Source: an uncultured Bacillota bacterium (lineage in GTDB: Bacteria; Bacillota_I; Bacilli_A; RF39; UBA660). Taken from it: a stretch of 64,000 bases of DNA. Of this stretch, positions 44,599 to 54,134 are shown one piece after another. A program made the translations under genes and the position numbers. Under the pieces are notes generated by a model. It was not told the origin of the DNA. It did not search any database and was given only the letters and a program-made list of their open reading frames with translations. Numbering within the stretch: position 1 is the first letter of the stretch; every line of letters begins with the position of its first letter. Location: the NCBI GenBank assembly GCA_905212975.1, contig CAJMGO010000004.1, positions 4,044 to 68,043 on the forward strand. The letters run 5' to 3'.

Positions 44599-45753
44599 AT
44601 GAAAAAACTTAAAAATACACTTAAAGATATGGATAAAGTATTACTTATATGTACTGTTATATTATTTGTTTTTGGGCTTTTAAATATAGTAACAGCTTCT
44701 AGTCAAGTAGCAGTATTAAAGTATAATACGTCACTTTATAATTATTTTTTTAAACAAGCTGCAATACTTATTGGTAGTGTTATTATAAGTATATATATAA
44801 TTATGAAACCAACTAGAAATTATAGAGTATTTGGACTTGTTTTATTTATTGTAGTTGGCATTTTGAATGTAGCAGTTTTATTCATAGGACAAAATTGGAG
44901 TGGTAATCAGAACTGGATTGATTTTGGCTTTTTCAATTTACAACCAAGTGAACTTGCTAAACCAACAATGATAATTTTTTTAAGTGTTTTATTTGAAGCT
45001 TTTTATTTTAGATTAAGAAATCCAAATAAAGATCATAATAGTATGTTAGCTATTATATTATTTGCAGGATTATTTTTCCCATTAATGGTTTTTTTACAAA
45101 AAGATATGGGTACAATGATAATTTTATGTGTTATATTCTTTGTTATGTTTTTTGCAAGTCCAATATTAAAAAGTGATAAATTAAAAGTTCTGTTTCTTGT
45201 TTTGATATTAGGTGTAGTTGGTATATTTATAATTTTTGTTAATGCGGGTAAATTATTTTCAGAAAAACAACTTAATAGATTTAATTTTTTTGATCCATGT
45301 TCTAGATATGAAAGTGGTGGATATCAAATATGTAATGGATTTATAGCTATTAATTCTGGAGGATTATTTGGAGTAGGAATAGGTAATAGTACACAAAAAT
45401 CTTATATTCCAGAAGCTCATACAGATTCAGTATTTGCTATAATAGCAGAAGAATATGGGTTTATTTTTTCAAGTGTAATATTAATTTTGTATATTATTGT
45501 TTTATATAGAATACTTAAAATATCTAGTACATCTAAGACAATAAGAGGAAGATATATAGCATTTGGTATGTCTATATATATTTTCTGCCATATATTCATT
45601 AACTTAGGAGGATTATTTGGTATTATTCCTTTAACAGGTGTACCACTTCCATTTTTATCTTATGGAGGTTCATTTACTCTTTCTCTTTTCTGTTCTTTAG
45701 CAGTTATTCAGAGAATACATATAGAAAATAAAAATCAAAAAATAAAGGTTTAG
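44599..45753 (+). CDS. rodA: SEDS-family protein RodA/FtsW paralogue
   Basis: FNLQPSELAK, LQKDMGT, IPEAHTDSVFA, GVPLPFLSYGGS. Second SEDS gene in the window. Confidence 0.8.
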   Translation: MKKLKNTLKDMDKVLLICTVILFVFGLLNIVTASSQVAVLKYNTSLYNYFFKQAAILIGSVIISIYIIMKPTRNYRVFGLVLFIVVGILNVAVLFIGQNWSGNQNWIDFGFFNLQPSELAKPTMIIFLSVLFEAFYFRLRNPNKDHNSMLAIILFAGLFFPLMVFLQKDMGTMIILCVIFFVMFFASPILKSDKLKVLFLVLILGVVGIFIIFVNAGKLFSEKQLNRFNFFDPCSRYESGGYQICNGFIAINSGGLFGVGIGNSTQKSYIPEAHTDSVFAIIAEEYGFIFSSVILILYIIVLYRILKISSTSKTIRGRYIAFGMSIYIFCHIFINLGGLFGIIPLTGVPLPFLSYGGSFTLSLFCSLAVIQRIHIENKNQKIKV

Positions 45754-45780
45754 AACAAGTTTTTTATAAAACTTGTTTTT
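45754..45780 (+). terminator. Rho-independent terminator
   Basis: 10-bp stem AACAAGTTTT / AAAACTTGTT with a 4-nt loop, then a T-run. Confidence 0.65.
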
Positions 45781-45827
45781 AATTCTTATTTTTTATGTTA
45801 AAATATGTTTAGTTAGTGGGTGAGTTT

Positions 45828-47105
45828 ATGGAAAGAGTTATACCATCAGATAAATTTATTGTTATAAATAAATCAATTTTAAATGATAGTGATAGAAAAA
45901 TTCTTTTCATGCTATATCAGCCTATAATAGGTCAATCATCAATTAGTCTATATTTTTCCCTTTGGGCATATTTAGATCAAAATGATATAACTTCATCTGA
46001 TTGGACACATCTACATCTTATAAATAATACTCAAATGGATCTAGATGAAATTATAAATTCTAGAGAAAAGTTAGAAGGTATAGGACTTTTAAAAACATAT
46101 GTTAAAAGAGGTATTACAAATGAATATGTATATGAATTGTATTCTCCTTTATCTGTTTATGAATTTTTGAATAATCCTGTTTTAAATATAAGTTTATATA
46201 ATAGTGTCGGTGAAACTGAGTTTGAAAGAATAGTTTCTTATTTTAAAATTCCAACTATAAATTTAGATGAATATGAAGATATAACTTCATCATTTAATGA
46301 TATATTTATGAGTATTGATTTTGATAGTTATAGACCTATATTAGGTGATTTAAGAGAAAATAAAAAGAACAAACTAAAAATATTATCTTCATTTAATTTA
46401 GAAAATACAATAAGTCTTATACCCGAAGAACTACTAGATACAAAATATGTTACAAATGAAATAAAAGATTTTTTATATAAATTGTCATTTATTTATAATT
46501 ATAATGATTCAGAAATGCTAGAATTGATTAAAAATTCAATTATAGATAAAAAAATAAGTAAAGAACTTTTAAAAGAAAATGCAAGAAAATATTATAAGTT
46601 TGAAAATCCTGATAAAGTGGTTGGAATTGTATATAAAAAGCAACCCGAACGTTTAAGAAAAGAATATGGGAACAGTAAAAAAGATAAAATAATATATCAA
46701 TTTGAAACAATGAGCCCATATGAATTTATATGTAATAAGCATGGTGGTGATAAACCGACTAAGCATGAAATAAATATATTAGAATATCTTCTTGATGATA
46801 TGAATTTAAATCCTGGAGTTGTAAATGTTATTATTGATTATGTACTTAAAATAAGCAATAATAAATTAAATAAAAATTTTGTTGATGCTGTAGCGACACA
46901 GTTTTCAAGAAGTAAAATAGAAACGGTAGAAGATGCTATGGCTTTAGCAAACCAAGAATATAAAAATAGAAATAAAACTAAAACAACAAAGAAAGTTAAA
47001 GTTTTAGAGAGTGTTCCAGAATGGGCAAAGCAAGAAAATGACATGAAGCAAGGTAGTGCTGAAGATATTAAAAAGATGGAAGAAATGCTAAGCAAATTTG
47101 AGTAG
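45828..47105 (+). CDS. dnaB: Replication initiation and membrane attachment protein (B. subtilis DnaB type, DnaD-like domains)
   Basis: N-terminus ..DSDRKILFMLYQPIIGQSSISLYFSLW..EKLEGIGLLKTYVK..YVYELYSPL closely parallels B. subtilis DnaB. GGGTGAG SD before ATG 45828. Confidence 0.85.
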   Translation: MERVIPSDKFIVINKSILNDSDRKILFMLYQPIIGQSSISLYFSLWAYLDQNDITSSDWTHLHLINNTQMDLDEIINSREKLEGIGLLKTYVKRGITNEYVYELYSPLSVYEFLNNPVLNISLYNSVGETEFERIVSYFKIPTINLDEYEDITSSFNDIFMSIDFDSYRPILGDLRENKKNKLKILSSFNLENTISLIPEELLDTKYVTNEIKDFLYKLSFIYNYNDSEMLELIKNSIIDKKISKELLKENARKYYKFENPDKVVGIVYKKQPERLRKEYGNSKKDKIIYQFETMSPYEFICNKHGGDKPTKHEINILEYLLDDMNLNPGVVNVIIDYVLKISNNKLNKNFVDAVATQFSRSKIETVEDAMALANQEYKNRNKTKTTKKVKVLESVPEWAKQENDMKQGSAEDIKKMEEMLSKFE

Positions 47106-47117
47106 GTGAATTGAAAT

Positions 47118-48041
47118 ATGAAAAATGTAATTGATTCAATTGATAAATATAATAAAAAAAAGAATCTTGAAACAGAATTATATAAAGCTTTTAATGAATC
47201 ATATAGTAACGATAAATTTAAACGCCTTGTAGATAAATTGAAATTAAATATAGAAGTATTATCTAAATATACAAGTGAGTTGGAAGAATCATCTATTGAA
47301 TATGATCATTGTTTAAATTGCAAGGGATTAATTGAATGTAAAAATAAAATATGTGGATATGCTTATTTACCAAATAAAAAAGATAAATCACTTTCTTTTG
47401 GATATAAGGCTTGTAAATTTAAGAATAAATATGAAAAGGAAAACTCATATAAAGATAATGTTTATGTATATAATGAACCGAAGGAAATAGCAAACGCTAG
47501 AATAAAGGATATATACAAAAAAGATGCGTCTAGATATCCTGTTATAACTTATCTTATGGATTTTCTAGAAAAGTATTTAAATGGTGAAAAGGTAAAAGGA
47601 ATATATTTAAGTGGAAGCTTTGGAAGTGGAAAAACATATTTAGTTTCTGCTGTGTTTAATGAACTTGCTAAAAATAATATAAAAAGTTCTATTGTATATT
47701 GGCCTGAATATATATCTTATTTAAAAACTTTATTTGGAAAAGAAGAATATATAACTGTACTAAATAAAGTAAAAAAGATACCTATTTTACTTATTGATGA
47801 TATAGGTGCTGAAGCAAATACTTCATGGGAAAGAGATGAGGTATTGGGACCAATACTTCAATATAGAATGCAAGATGAATTGCCAACATTTTTTACATCT
47901 AATTTAGATATAAATATGTTAGAACAACATCTTTCTAATAGTAAAGATGGAATAGAAGAAATAAAAGCTAAAAGAATAATTGAGAGGGTAAGACAGTTAA
48001 CTAGTGAATTTAATTTAGTTACAAAAAATTATAGGAAGTAA
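47118..48041 (+). CDS. dnaI: Primosomal helicase loader DnaI
   Basis: N-terminal Cys-rich Zn module (CLNCKG..C), AAA+ core GSFGSGKTY, LLIDDIGAE. Confidence 0.85.
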   Translation: MKNVIDSIDKYNKKKNLETELYKAFNESYSNDKFKRLVDKLKLNIEVLSKYTSELEESSIEYDHCLNCKGLIECKNKICGYAYLPNKKDKSLSFGYKACKFKNKYEKENSYKDNVYVYNEPKEIANARIKDIYKKDASRYPVITYLMDFLEKYLNGEKVKGIYLSGSFGSGKTYLVSAVFNELAKNNIKSSIVYWPEYISYLKTLFGKEEYITVLNKVKKIPILLIDDIGAEANTSWERDEVLGPILQYRMQDELPTFFTSNLDINMLEQHLSNSKDGIEEIKAKRIIERVRQLTSEFNLVTKNYRK

Positions 48042-48053
48042 GGTTGGGCTTTT

Positions 48054-50699
48054 ATGGAAAATATAGTAAGAAAAATAGAAAAAATTAATTCAATTAATAA
48101 AAAAAGAATGTATTTATCAAAAAAAATACAACTATTAAATTATAATGATAAAATAAAACTTTTAAATGCCCTAATAGATAGTGCAACTACAAAGTATGAA
48201 AAACTAAGTAATTTGAAAAAACAATATGAAAAGTATTTAAAAACAAATAGAGTATTTAAATCTATTAGTGAAATAGAAAAATTTAAAGAAAACATAGATT
48301 TATATAAAGAAATTAAAGACTATATTGAGGTAGAACATAGTATTAAAATAAAAAATAAAAATTTATTATTTAAAATTAACGATACAGAAATTAAAAATAT
48401 TGATGTTATTCTTAATAGAAATACTTATGTTCTATTTGATAAGTTAAATTATGAATTTGATACAGATAAAAGGATTTTAATATTAATTCAATTAAAACAA
48501 ATATATTCAAAAGCAAATATCAAAATAAAAAAAGAAAATTTTGGATCTGAATATAAGACTTTTGAACGAATATATAGATATATAAATAATTTGATAAAAA
48601 TAGAGTATGAAATAAAGGATAAAATTAAAGCAAGTAAAAAAGAAATAATTGTTAAAAAGAAATATTATTATCCTGTATTGAAACTAAATGAAAAGCAAAT
48701 ATTAACCATTGATTTGAAAATTAATACGAATATATTAGAAACATTAAAAAAACTAGAAAATGAAACAGATATAAATAAAAGAATAAAACTATTAAATTTA
48801 TTGAAAAGTAAATGTATAGATATTTATTCCACACTAGAAAAGAATACTTCAAAAGAAATTTATAAATATGTAAAAGAAATTGAGGAATATTCTAATGAAG
48901 CTATAAAAATAGAACATAAAAAGAGAAAAAATATTTCAAAAAAGAATAGCAATGAAATAAATAATAATTCAAAATTGTCGAAAAAAGAGCTAGAAGTAGT
49001 TGATAAAATTAAAAATAATGATTGTTTAGACAGATATACTTTATTAGAAATTTTAACAGCATATAAGTATTTAGTTATGAATTATGTTAAAGACTATTCA
49101 ATAAGTATTCTTAATGTATCAAAGTATATATCTAACAAAATAATTGATGAAGAAATTAAAGATGATAAAGATATTGTTATGATAAATTCAATAAAAGATA
49201 CAATTAGATATAGATTACTTTCGTTAAATAAAAATGATGATAATGAATTGGAACGTTCTATATTAAAGGAATTGAGAATTGTATTTGATTTTATTTGTAA
49301 AAATTATAAAGAAGATACAAAAAGTACAGAACATGATTATAGATGTGATGTCATAAAATACTATTTAAAAGATGAAAATGGATATCCATATGTAAAAAAA
49401 ATAATTAATTATATGCCAGAAATAGTAAATGTTAGAGTAAAAGAACATAGTAATGAACATATAATTATAAATATATTAAAGGAATATATCTATAATTATA
49501 AAGAAATGTTAAAAGATAAAAATGGTTGTTTTATAAATCCAGATTATTTAAAACAAGTATATTTATTATTCATGAACAATAGTAATTTGAAGTTGAATTT
49601 TGAAGATAAAGTAACAATTGACTATATATTAGATGATTTTATACTTTATCTAGATAAAGAAATATATAAAGAAGATAGAAAAACCTTAGCAAAAAAAGAA
49701 GTAAGAAAATTAAAAAGTCAATATTTATATTATGAAAAGAAATTAAAATTTAGAAAAGTTGATGAAAGACAATTAAGATGGCAAACTGAGTTATTATCAA
49801 ATAATAGAACACATTGTTTGAAAAAAGACAATAGAGTAAATGTATTAGATGACTGTATCACATTAAATGGAATTAATGCTTATTCATTATCTCAAGATGG
49901 TGATAAGAGAAAACTTAAAATACATGTAATAGATACAAGTAAAATTGTCGCACCATATACATCAGTGGATAGTAAAATTTATAACTGCATGATTGAACAT
50001 GAAAAAATTAGTGAAAATATAAAAAGAAAATTAGCATTAAAATATAATGAAGAAAATCCTACAATTACATATGAATTTAATATTGAAAAAGGTAATTGTA
50101 TTACAGATTTTAAGATTTATAAAAGTAAAATCTTCATAGATGAGGAAAATAATACTTTATTGAAAAACTTAAGTCAATTATCCAAAAAAATTCTAGCTTC
50201 TAAGAATATTAAAGATTTCGAAAGCTATACAATTGATGAATCTATTGAAATATTACTTAATGAAGAATTTATAAATTATATTGATGAAAATAAACTACCA
50301 TTTATTTATTGTGGAAAAGAATATATAAATGATTATATAAATCATATGAATAATTTAAGTAATATATTTAATAGGTTGAATGTAATTGATTTTAAGAAGT
50401 TATACACTATTATTAGTAATAATGTAGGTGAATATAATTATTCTACAAAAGCATTCGAAGTTGATGGAACATATAATTTAAATTTAATAAATGACATTAA
50501 TTATTTATTTATTTTTAATCAACGATTAATTACAGATATTATTTTTAATAACCAAAAGCTTAAAGATAAATCAAAATATTTAAAAGAATGTGAAAAATTA
50601 GAGCATGAGTTAAATCTAAGTATTAATCATATTAAGCCAGAAGATATAGTATTTAAAAATAATGCTAAAAGGAATAAATTAAAACAATTTAATTTGTGA
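48054..50699 (+). CDS. Large Lys/Asn-rich hypothetical protein (881 aa) with possible degenerate RNB-like C-terminal domain
   Basis: 12 nt after dnaI. No TM or NTP-binding motif. Residues ~594-834 follow RNase II/R (RNB) motif order with catalytic residues replaced (see findings). Confidence 0.6.
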   Translation: MENIVRKIEKINSINKKRMYLSKKIQLLNYNDKIKLLNALIDSATTKYEKLSNLKKQYEKYLKTNRVFKSISEIEKFKENIDLYKEIKDYIEVEHSIKIKNKNLLFKINDTEIKNIDVILNRNTYVLFDKLNYEFDTDKRILILIQLKQIYSKANIKIKKENFGSEYKTFERIYRYINNLIKIEYEIKDKIKASKKEIIVKKKYYYPVLKLNEKQILTIDLKINTNILETLKKLENETDINKRIKLLNLLKSKCIDIYSTLEKNTSKEIYKYVKEIEEYSNEAIKIEHKKRKNISKKNSNEINNNSKLSKKELEVVDKIKNNDCLDRYTLLEILTAYKYLVMNYVKDYSISILNVSKYISNKIIDEEIKDDKDIVMINSIKDTIRYRLLSLNKNDDNELERSILKELRIVFDFICKNYKEDTKSTEHDYRCDVIKYYLKDENGYPYVKKIINYMPEIVNVRVKEHSNEHIIINILKEYIYNYKEMLKDKNGCFINPDYLKQVYLLFMNNSNLKLNFEDKVTIDYILDDFILYLDKEIYKEDRKTLAKKEVRKLKSQYLYYEKKLKFRKVDERQLRWQTELLSNNRTHCLKKDNRVNVLDDCITLNGINAYSLSQDGDKRKLKIHVIDTSKIVAPYTSVDSKIYNCMIEHEKISENIKRKLALKYNEENPTITYEFNIEKGNCITDFKIYKSKIFIDEENNTLLKNLSQLSKKILASKNIKDFESYTIDESIEILLNEEFINYIDENKLPFIYCGKEYINDYINHMNNLSNIFNRLNVIDFKKLYTIISNNVGEYNYSTKAFEVDGTYNLNLINDINYLFIFNQRLITDIIFNNQKLKDKSKYLKECEKLEHELNLSINHIKPEDIVFKNNAKRNKLKQFNL

Positions 50700-50727
50700 T
50701 TGACAAATTAAAAATTAGTGGTAAAAT
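50700..50727 (+). promoter_or_regulatory. Promoter of the thrS leader
   Basis: TTGACA (50700-50705), 16-nt spacer, TGgTAAAAT (50719-50727). Confidence 0.5.
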
Positions 50728-50733
50728 TTAAGT

Positions 50734-50935
50734 AATAGTTTTGATTTGGACATGATTATTGAATAAAACTAATTTTAGCGATTTAGGAATGGTGAAAGCC
50801 TAAAAGTAAAATTTAATAATTACTACCAATGAACTGAACTCAAAAGAGTTTCCGGGTTATTCCGTTAAAAATATAAAAGTAAAAAAAAGGATGGTACCGT
50901 GCTTTCTGCACTCCTTAGTACTATTCTTTTTTGCG
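50734..50935 (+). promoter_or_regulatory. T-box leader (Thr specifier) with intrinsic terminator
   Basis: Stem I distal GGTGAAAG (50791-50798). Specifier region ACU-ACC-A (50822-50828). T-box core GGATGGTACCGTG (50889-50901). 15-bp terminator stem 50883-50897 / 50918-50932 followed by a U-run. Confidence 0.8.
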
Positions 50936-50951
50936 TTTTGGAGGAGTATGT

Positions 50952-51398
50952 ATGAACGTAAGTAGAAAAAACATTTTGGAAATAAGAGAGTTTATGTGGA
51001 ATTTTTTAAATCTTAAGTATGATGGAAAATTGAAGTTAACACATGAAGAGTTTTCAAATTATTTAATTATGAAAGGGAAAACACACTTAACACATGTTAA
51101 TTTTAAAAAAATAAAAAAAGAAGATATATTAAATGGTACATATATTTTAGTAAGAGATGATGTAGGCAAAATTATTCCGTATGAAAGGCCAATAAATCTT
51201 TCTATGTTATGCAATCAAATTAAACAAAATGAGGAAAAATTAAAGAGAGACTTAGTAAGAAAAAGATATCTGGAAGAACAAGGTTATAGAGAACTTCCAA
51301 ATGGGGAAGTATTATCGAATGATTTTTTCGAGGCAGAACCTTGTATTACACAAAAATTAAATAGAGTTAAGACTTTAATAAGAAGAGGAATAAGATAA
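50952..51398 (+). CDS. Hypothetical 148-aa protein between the T-box terminator and thrS
   Basis: GGAGGA SD (50940-50945) before ATG 50952. The ORF-track start at 50931 lies inside the terminator. No recognised motif. Confidence 0.5.
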   Translation: MNVSRKNILEIREFMWNFLNLKYDGKLKLTHEEFSNYLIMKGKTHLTHVNFKKIKKEDILNGTYILVRDDVGKIIPYERPINLSMLCNQIKQNEEKLKRDLVRKRYLEEQGYRELPNGEVLSNDFFEAEPCITQKLNRVKTLIRRGIR

Positions 51399-51415
51399 GT
51401 AAAGAGGAGAATAAT

Positions 51416-53173
51416 ATGATTAATTTTAAAGAAAATGAAGATTTAAATAAATTAAATCATAGTTGTGCGCATTTACTTGCACATGCTATAAAACATTTAT
51501 ATCCAAATGCAAAGTTTTGGGTAGGCCCTGTTGTGGAAGAAGGATTTTATTATGATATTGATTTAGGTGATGATGTAATAAAAGAAGATGATTTACCTAA
51601 AATAGAGAAAGAAATGAAAAAAATCAGTAAGGACAATAAGTTAATTAAAAGAATAGAGCTTACTAAACAAAATGCATTAGAAATGTTTAAAGATGATCCA
51701 TATAAAATAGATTTAATTAGAAGAATGAATGAAAACGATACAGTAATTTCTGCATACCAACAAGGTGATTTTATTGATTTATGCAGAGGACCGCATATGA
51801 ATTCTACGAAAGATATGAAGTATTTTAAACTTGTAAAAGTAAGTGGAGCATATTGGAAAGGTGATTCAAAAAACAAAATGCTTCAAAGAATTTATGGCGT
51901 TTGTTTTGAAAAAGAAGAAGATTTGATGAACTATTTATCTTATCTTGAAGAAGCAAAGCTACGTGATCATAGAAAAATAGGTAAAGATCTAGATTTATTT
52001 ATGACTGATGATTTAGTTGGTAGGGGATTACCTATGTTTTTACCAAATGGATATATAATATGGCAAGAATTAGAAAATTATATAAAAAACAAAGAAAAAA
52101 GGCTTGGATATCAACATGTTATGACACCATGTGTTGGAAATGTAGAATTATATAAAACAAGTGGACATTGGGAACATTATAAAGAAAACATGTTTCCTGC
52201 AATGGAGGTCGATGGAGAAAGTTTTGTGTTAAGACCAATGAATTGTCCTCATCACATGATGATATATGCTAATAAATTACATTCATATAGGGATTTACCT
52301 ATAAGAATTGGTGAAATTGCTCATGATTTTAGATATGAATCAAGTGGTTCATTAAAAGGAATAGAAAGAGGAAGACATTTTTGCCAAAATGATGCACATT
52401 TATTTGTAACACCTGAACAAATAAAGGATGAATTTAAAAAAGTTGTTGATTTAATACTAGATACATATAAAGACTTTGGAATTAAAGACTATAGATTTGT
52501 TTTATCTCTTCGTGATTCAGAGGATAAAGAAAAGTATCATCAAGATGATGAAATGTGGGAAAAAGCAGAAAATGGACTTAGAGAGGTTCTAAATGAACTT
52601 GGTATTAATTATACTGAAGAAATAGGAGAGGCAGCTTTTTATGGCCCAAAGTTAGATGTTAATGTTAGACCTGCTGTTGGTAATGAATATACATTATCTA
52701 CTTGTCAATTAGATTTTTGTTTACCTGCTAAATTCGATTTAAAATATGTTGATAAGGATGGGTCAAAGAAAACACCTGTTGTATTACATAGAGCAATATT
52801 AGGTTCAATTGATAGGTTTATGGCTTATATTTTAGAGGAAACAAAAGGGAATCTTCCACTTTGGTTATCACCAGTACAAGTTAATATAATTCCTGTTAAT
52901 AATGAATATCATCTAGAATATTGTAACAAGTTACATGAAAAATTATTGGATGAAAATATAAGGGTTGAACTTGACAACAGAGATGAAAAATTATCATATA
53001 AAATACGTGAAAGTCAAACTCATAAAATTCCATTTACATTAATAATTGGCCAAAATGAAGTTGATAATAATTTAATAAGTTATAGAAAATTTGGTACCAC
53101 AGAAACAGTAACTATATCTATTGATGAACTTATAATATTACTAAAAAAAGCAATAAAAAATAAAGAATTATAA
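51416..53173 (+). CDS. thrS: Threonyl-tRNA synthetase (short form without N-terminal TGS domain)
   Basis: Starts ~14 aa before the editing-domain HSCAHLLAHA motif. Class II core (FVLRPMNCPHH, GIERGRHFCQNDAH, YGPKLD) and anticodon-binding C-terminus. 585 aa. Confidence 0.95.
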   Translation: MINFKENEDLNKLNHSCAHLLAHAIKHLYPNAKFWVGPVVEEGFYYDIDLGDDVIKEDDLPKIEKEMKKISKDNKLIKRIELTKQNALEMFKDDPYKIDLIRRMNENDTVISAYQQGDFIDLCRGPHMNSTKDMKYFKLVKVSGAYWKGDSKNKMLQRIYGVCFEKEEDLMNYLSYLEEAKLRDHRKIGKDLDLFMTDDLVGRGLPMFLPNGYIIWQELENYIKNKEKRLGYQHVMTPCVGNVELYKTSGHWEHYKENMFPAMEVDGESFVLRPMNCPHHMMIYANKLHSYRDLPIRIGEIAHDFRYESSGSLKGIERGRHFCQNDAHLFVTPEQIKDEFKKVVDLILDTYKDFGIKDYRFVLSLRDSEDKEKYHQDDEMWEKAENGLREVLNELGINYTEEIGEAAFYGPKLDVNVRPAVGNEYTLSTCQLDFCLPAKFDLKYVDKDGSKKTPVVLHRAILGSIDRFMAYILEETKGNLPLWLSPVQVNIIPVNNEYHLEYCNKLHEKLLDENIRVELDNRDEKLSYKIRESQTHKIPFTLIIGQNEVDNNLISYRKFGTTETVTISIDELIILLKKAIKNKEL

Positions 53174-53257
53174 AAAAAGGAGAAAAATCCTTTTTTTTGT
53201 AATATTTAATCCTTTTTATCATAGTTTTAATTAGATATGCACTAGGGGAGGATACAA

Positions 53258-53764
53258 ATGATAAATAAAAAGAATTTATGGTTTTTGACATTATTTAGTT
53301 TAATTTTAGTATTGAGTGTGTATTATGTTACAATGCCAACAGAATTATTGATAACAAATAATTCTAATTTTGTAACTAAAGATACTAGTGAAGAGGATAC
53401 AAAAGTTTCTATAGAAGAAAATGAAGTAATAACAGCTTTAAAAGTTGCTGATGATGAAGAATATTTAAAAGAATTAGATACATTAAAATTAGTATTAATG
53501 GACAATAAGTCAAGTGTTGAAGAAAAAAATGATGCATTTGATAAAATGAAAGATTTAAATACAAATAAGAATAAAGAAGAAGAGTTGGAAAATTTGATAG
53601 AATCTTCATATAAATTAAAATCTTTTATAAAAATAAAAAATAATCAAGTTAAAGTTGTTATATCTGGTAGTGAACATGATACAACACTAGCTAACAATAT
53701 AATGAATACAATTCAAGAAAAATTTGAAACAAAAATGTATGTAACTGTACAGTTTAGTGCTTAA
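53258..53764 (+). CDS. spoIIIAH: SpoIIIAH-like sporulation protein
   Basis: N-terminus KKNLWFLTLFSLILVLSVYYVTMP mirrors B. subtilis SpoIIIAH (..TVWLLTMLSLVVVLSVYY..). Acidic linker, then a YscJ/FliF-like C-terminal domain pattern (..KVVISGSEHDTTLANNIMNTIQEKF..VTVQF). Confidence 0.65.
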   Translation: MINKKNLWFLTLFSLILVLSVYYVTMPTELLITNNSNFVTKDTSEEDTKVSIEENEVITALKVADDEEYLKELDTLKLVLMDNKSSVEEKNDAFDKMKDLNTNKNKEEELENLIESSYKLKSFIKIKNNQVKVVISGSEHDTTLANNIMNTIQEKFETKMYVTVQFSA

Positions 53765-53791
53765 AGTTCATAAATATATGAACTTTTTTTT
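53764..53791 (+). terminator. Rho-independent terminator
   Basis: Stem AAGTTCATA / TATGAACTT followed by T8. Confidence 0.65.
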
Positions 53792-53879
53792 AGTAAAAAA
53801 ACATACACATTGTATATTTAAATACATACAATAATATGAATAAAAATATAATCCATCATCTTAGAAAGAGAGGGAGTTT

Positions 53880-54086
53880 ATGAAAAAAAGCATATTAACA
53901 AAAAGAGAAAAAGAAGTCTTTGAATTGTTAATACAAAATAATACAACTGTTCAAATTTCTGAAAAATTAAAAATTAGTGAAAAAACAGTTAGAAATCATA
54001 TATCAAATGCTATGCAAAAGCTTGGAGTCAAAGGCAGAGCAAGTGCTGTTGTAGAATTACTTAAACTTGGTGAAATTACACTATAA
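53880..54086 (+). CDS. gerE: LuxR/GerE-family transcription factor GerE
   Basis: 68 aa, stand-alone HTH. LTKREKEVFELLIQNNTTVQISEKLKISEKTVRNHISNAMQKLGVKGRASAVVELLKLGE is near-collinear with B. subtilis GerE. Confidence 0.85.
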   Translation: MKKSILTKREKEVFELLIQNNTTVQISEKLKISEKTVRNHISNAMQKLGVKGRASAVVELLKLGEITL

Positions 54087-54110
54087 AATCGCATTAAAGC
54101 GGTTTTTTTT
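54086..54110 (+). terminator. Rho-independent terminator after gerE
   Basis: 7-bp stem AAATCGC / GCGGTTT followed by T8. Confidence 0.55.
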
Positions 54111-54134
54111 CATACTATTAATTAAAGAGGTGAA

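Noticed and set aside
8961-51398. Long N-terminal extensions given by the ORF track (starts at 8961, 15114, 21094, 21731, 33525, 35254, 40573, 45816, 50931, 58911 and 61719).
   Set aside because: Each extension overlaps the upstream gene, a terminator or the gene's own SD. An internal ATG with a properly spaced GGAGG/GGTGA-type SD gives the family-typical N-terminus.
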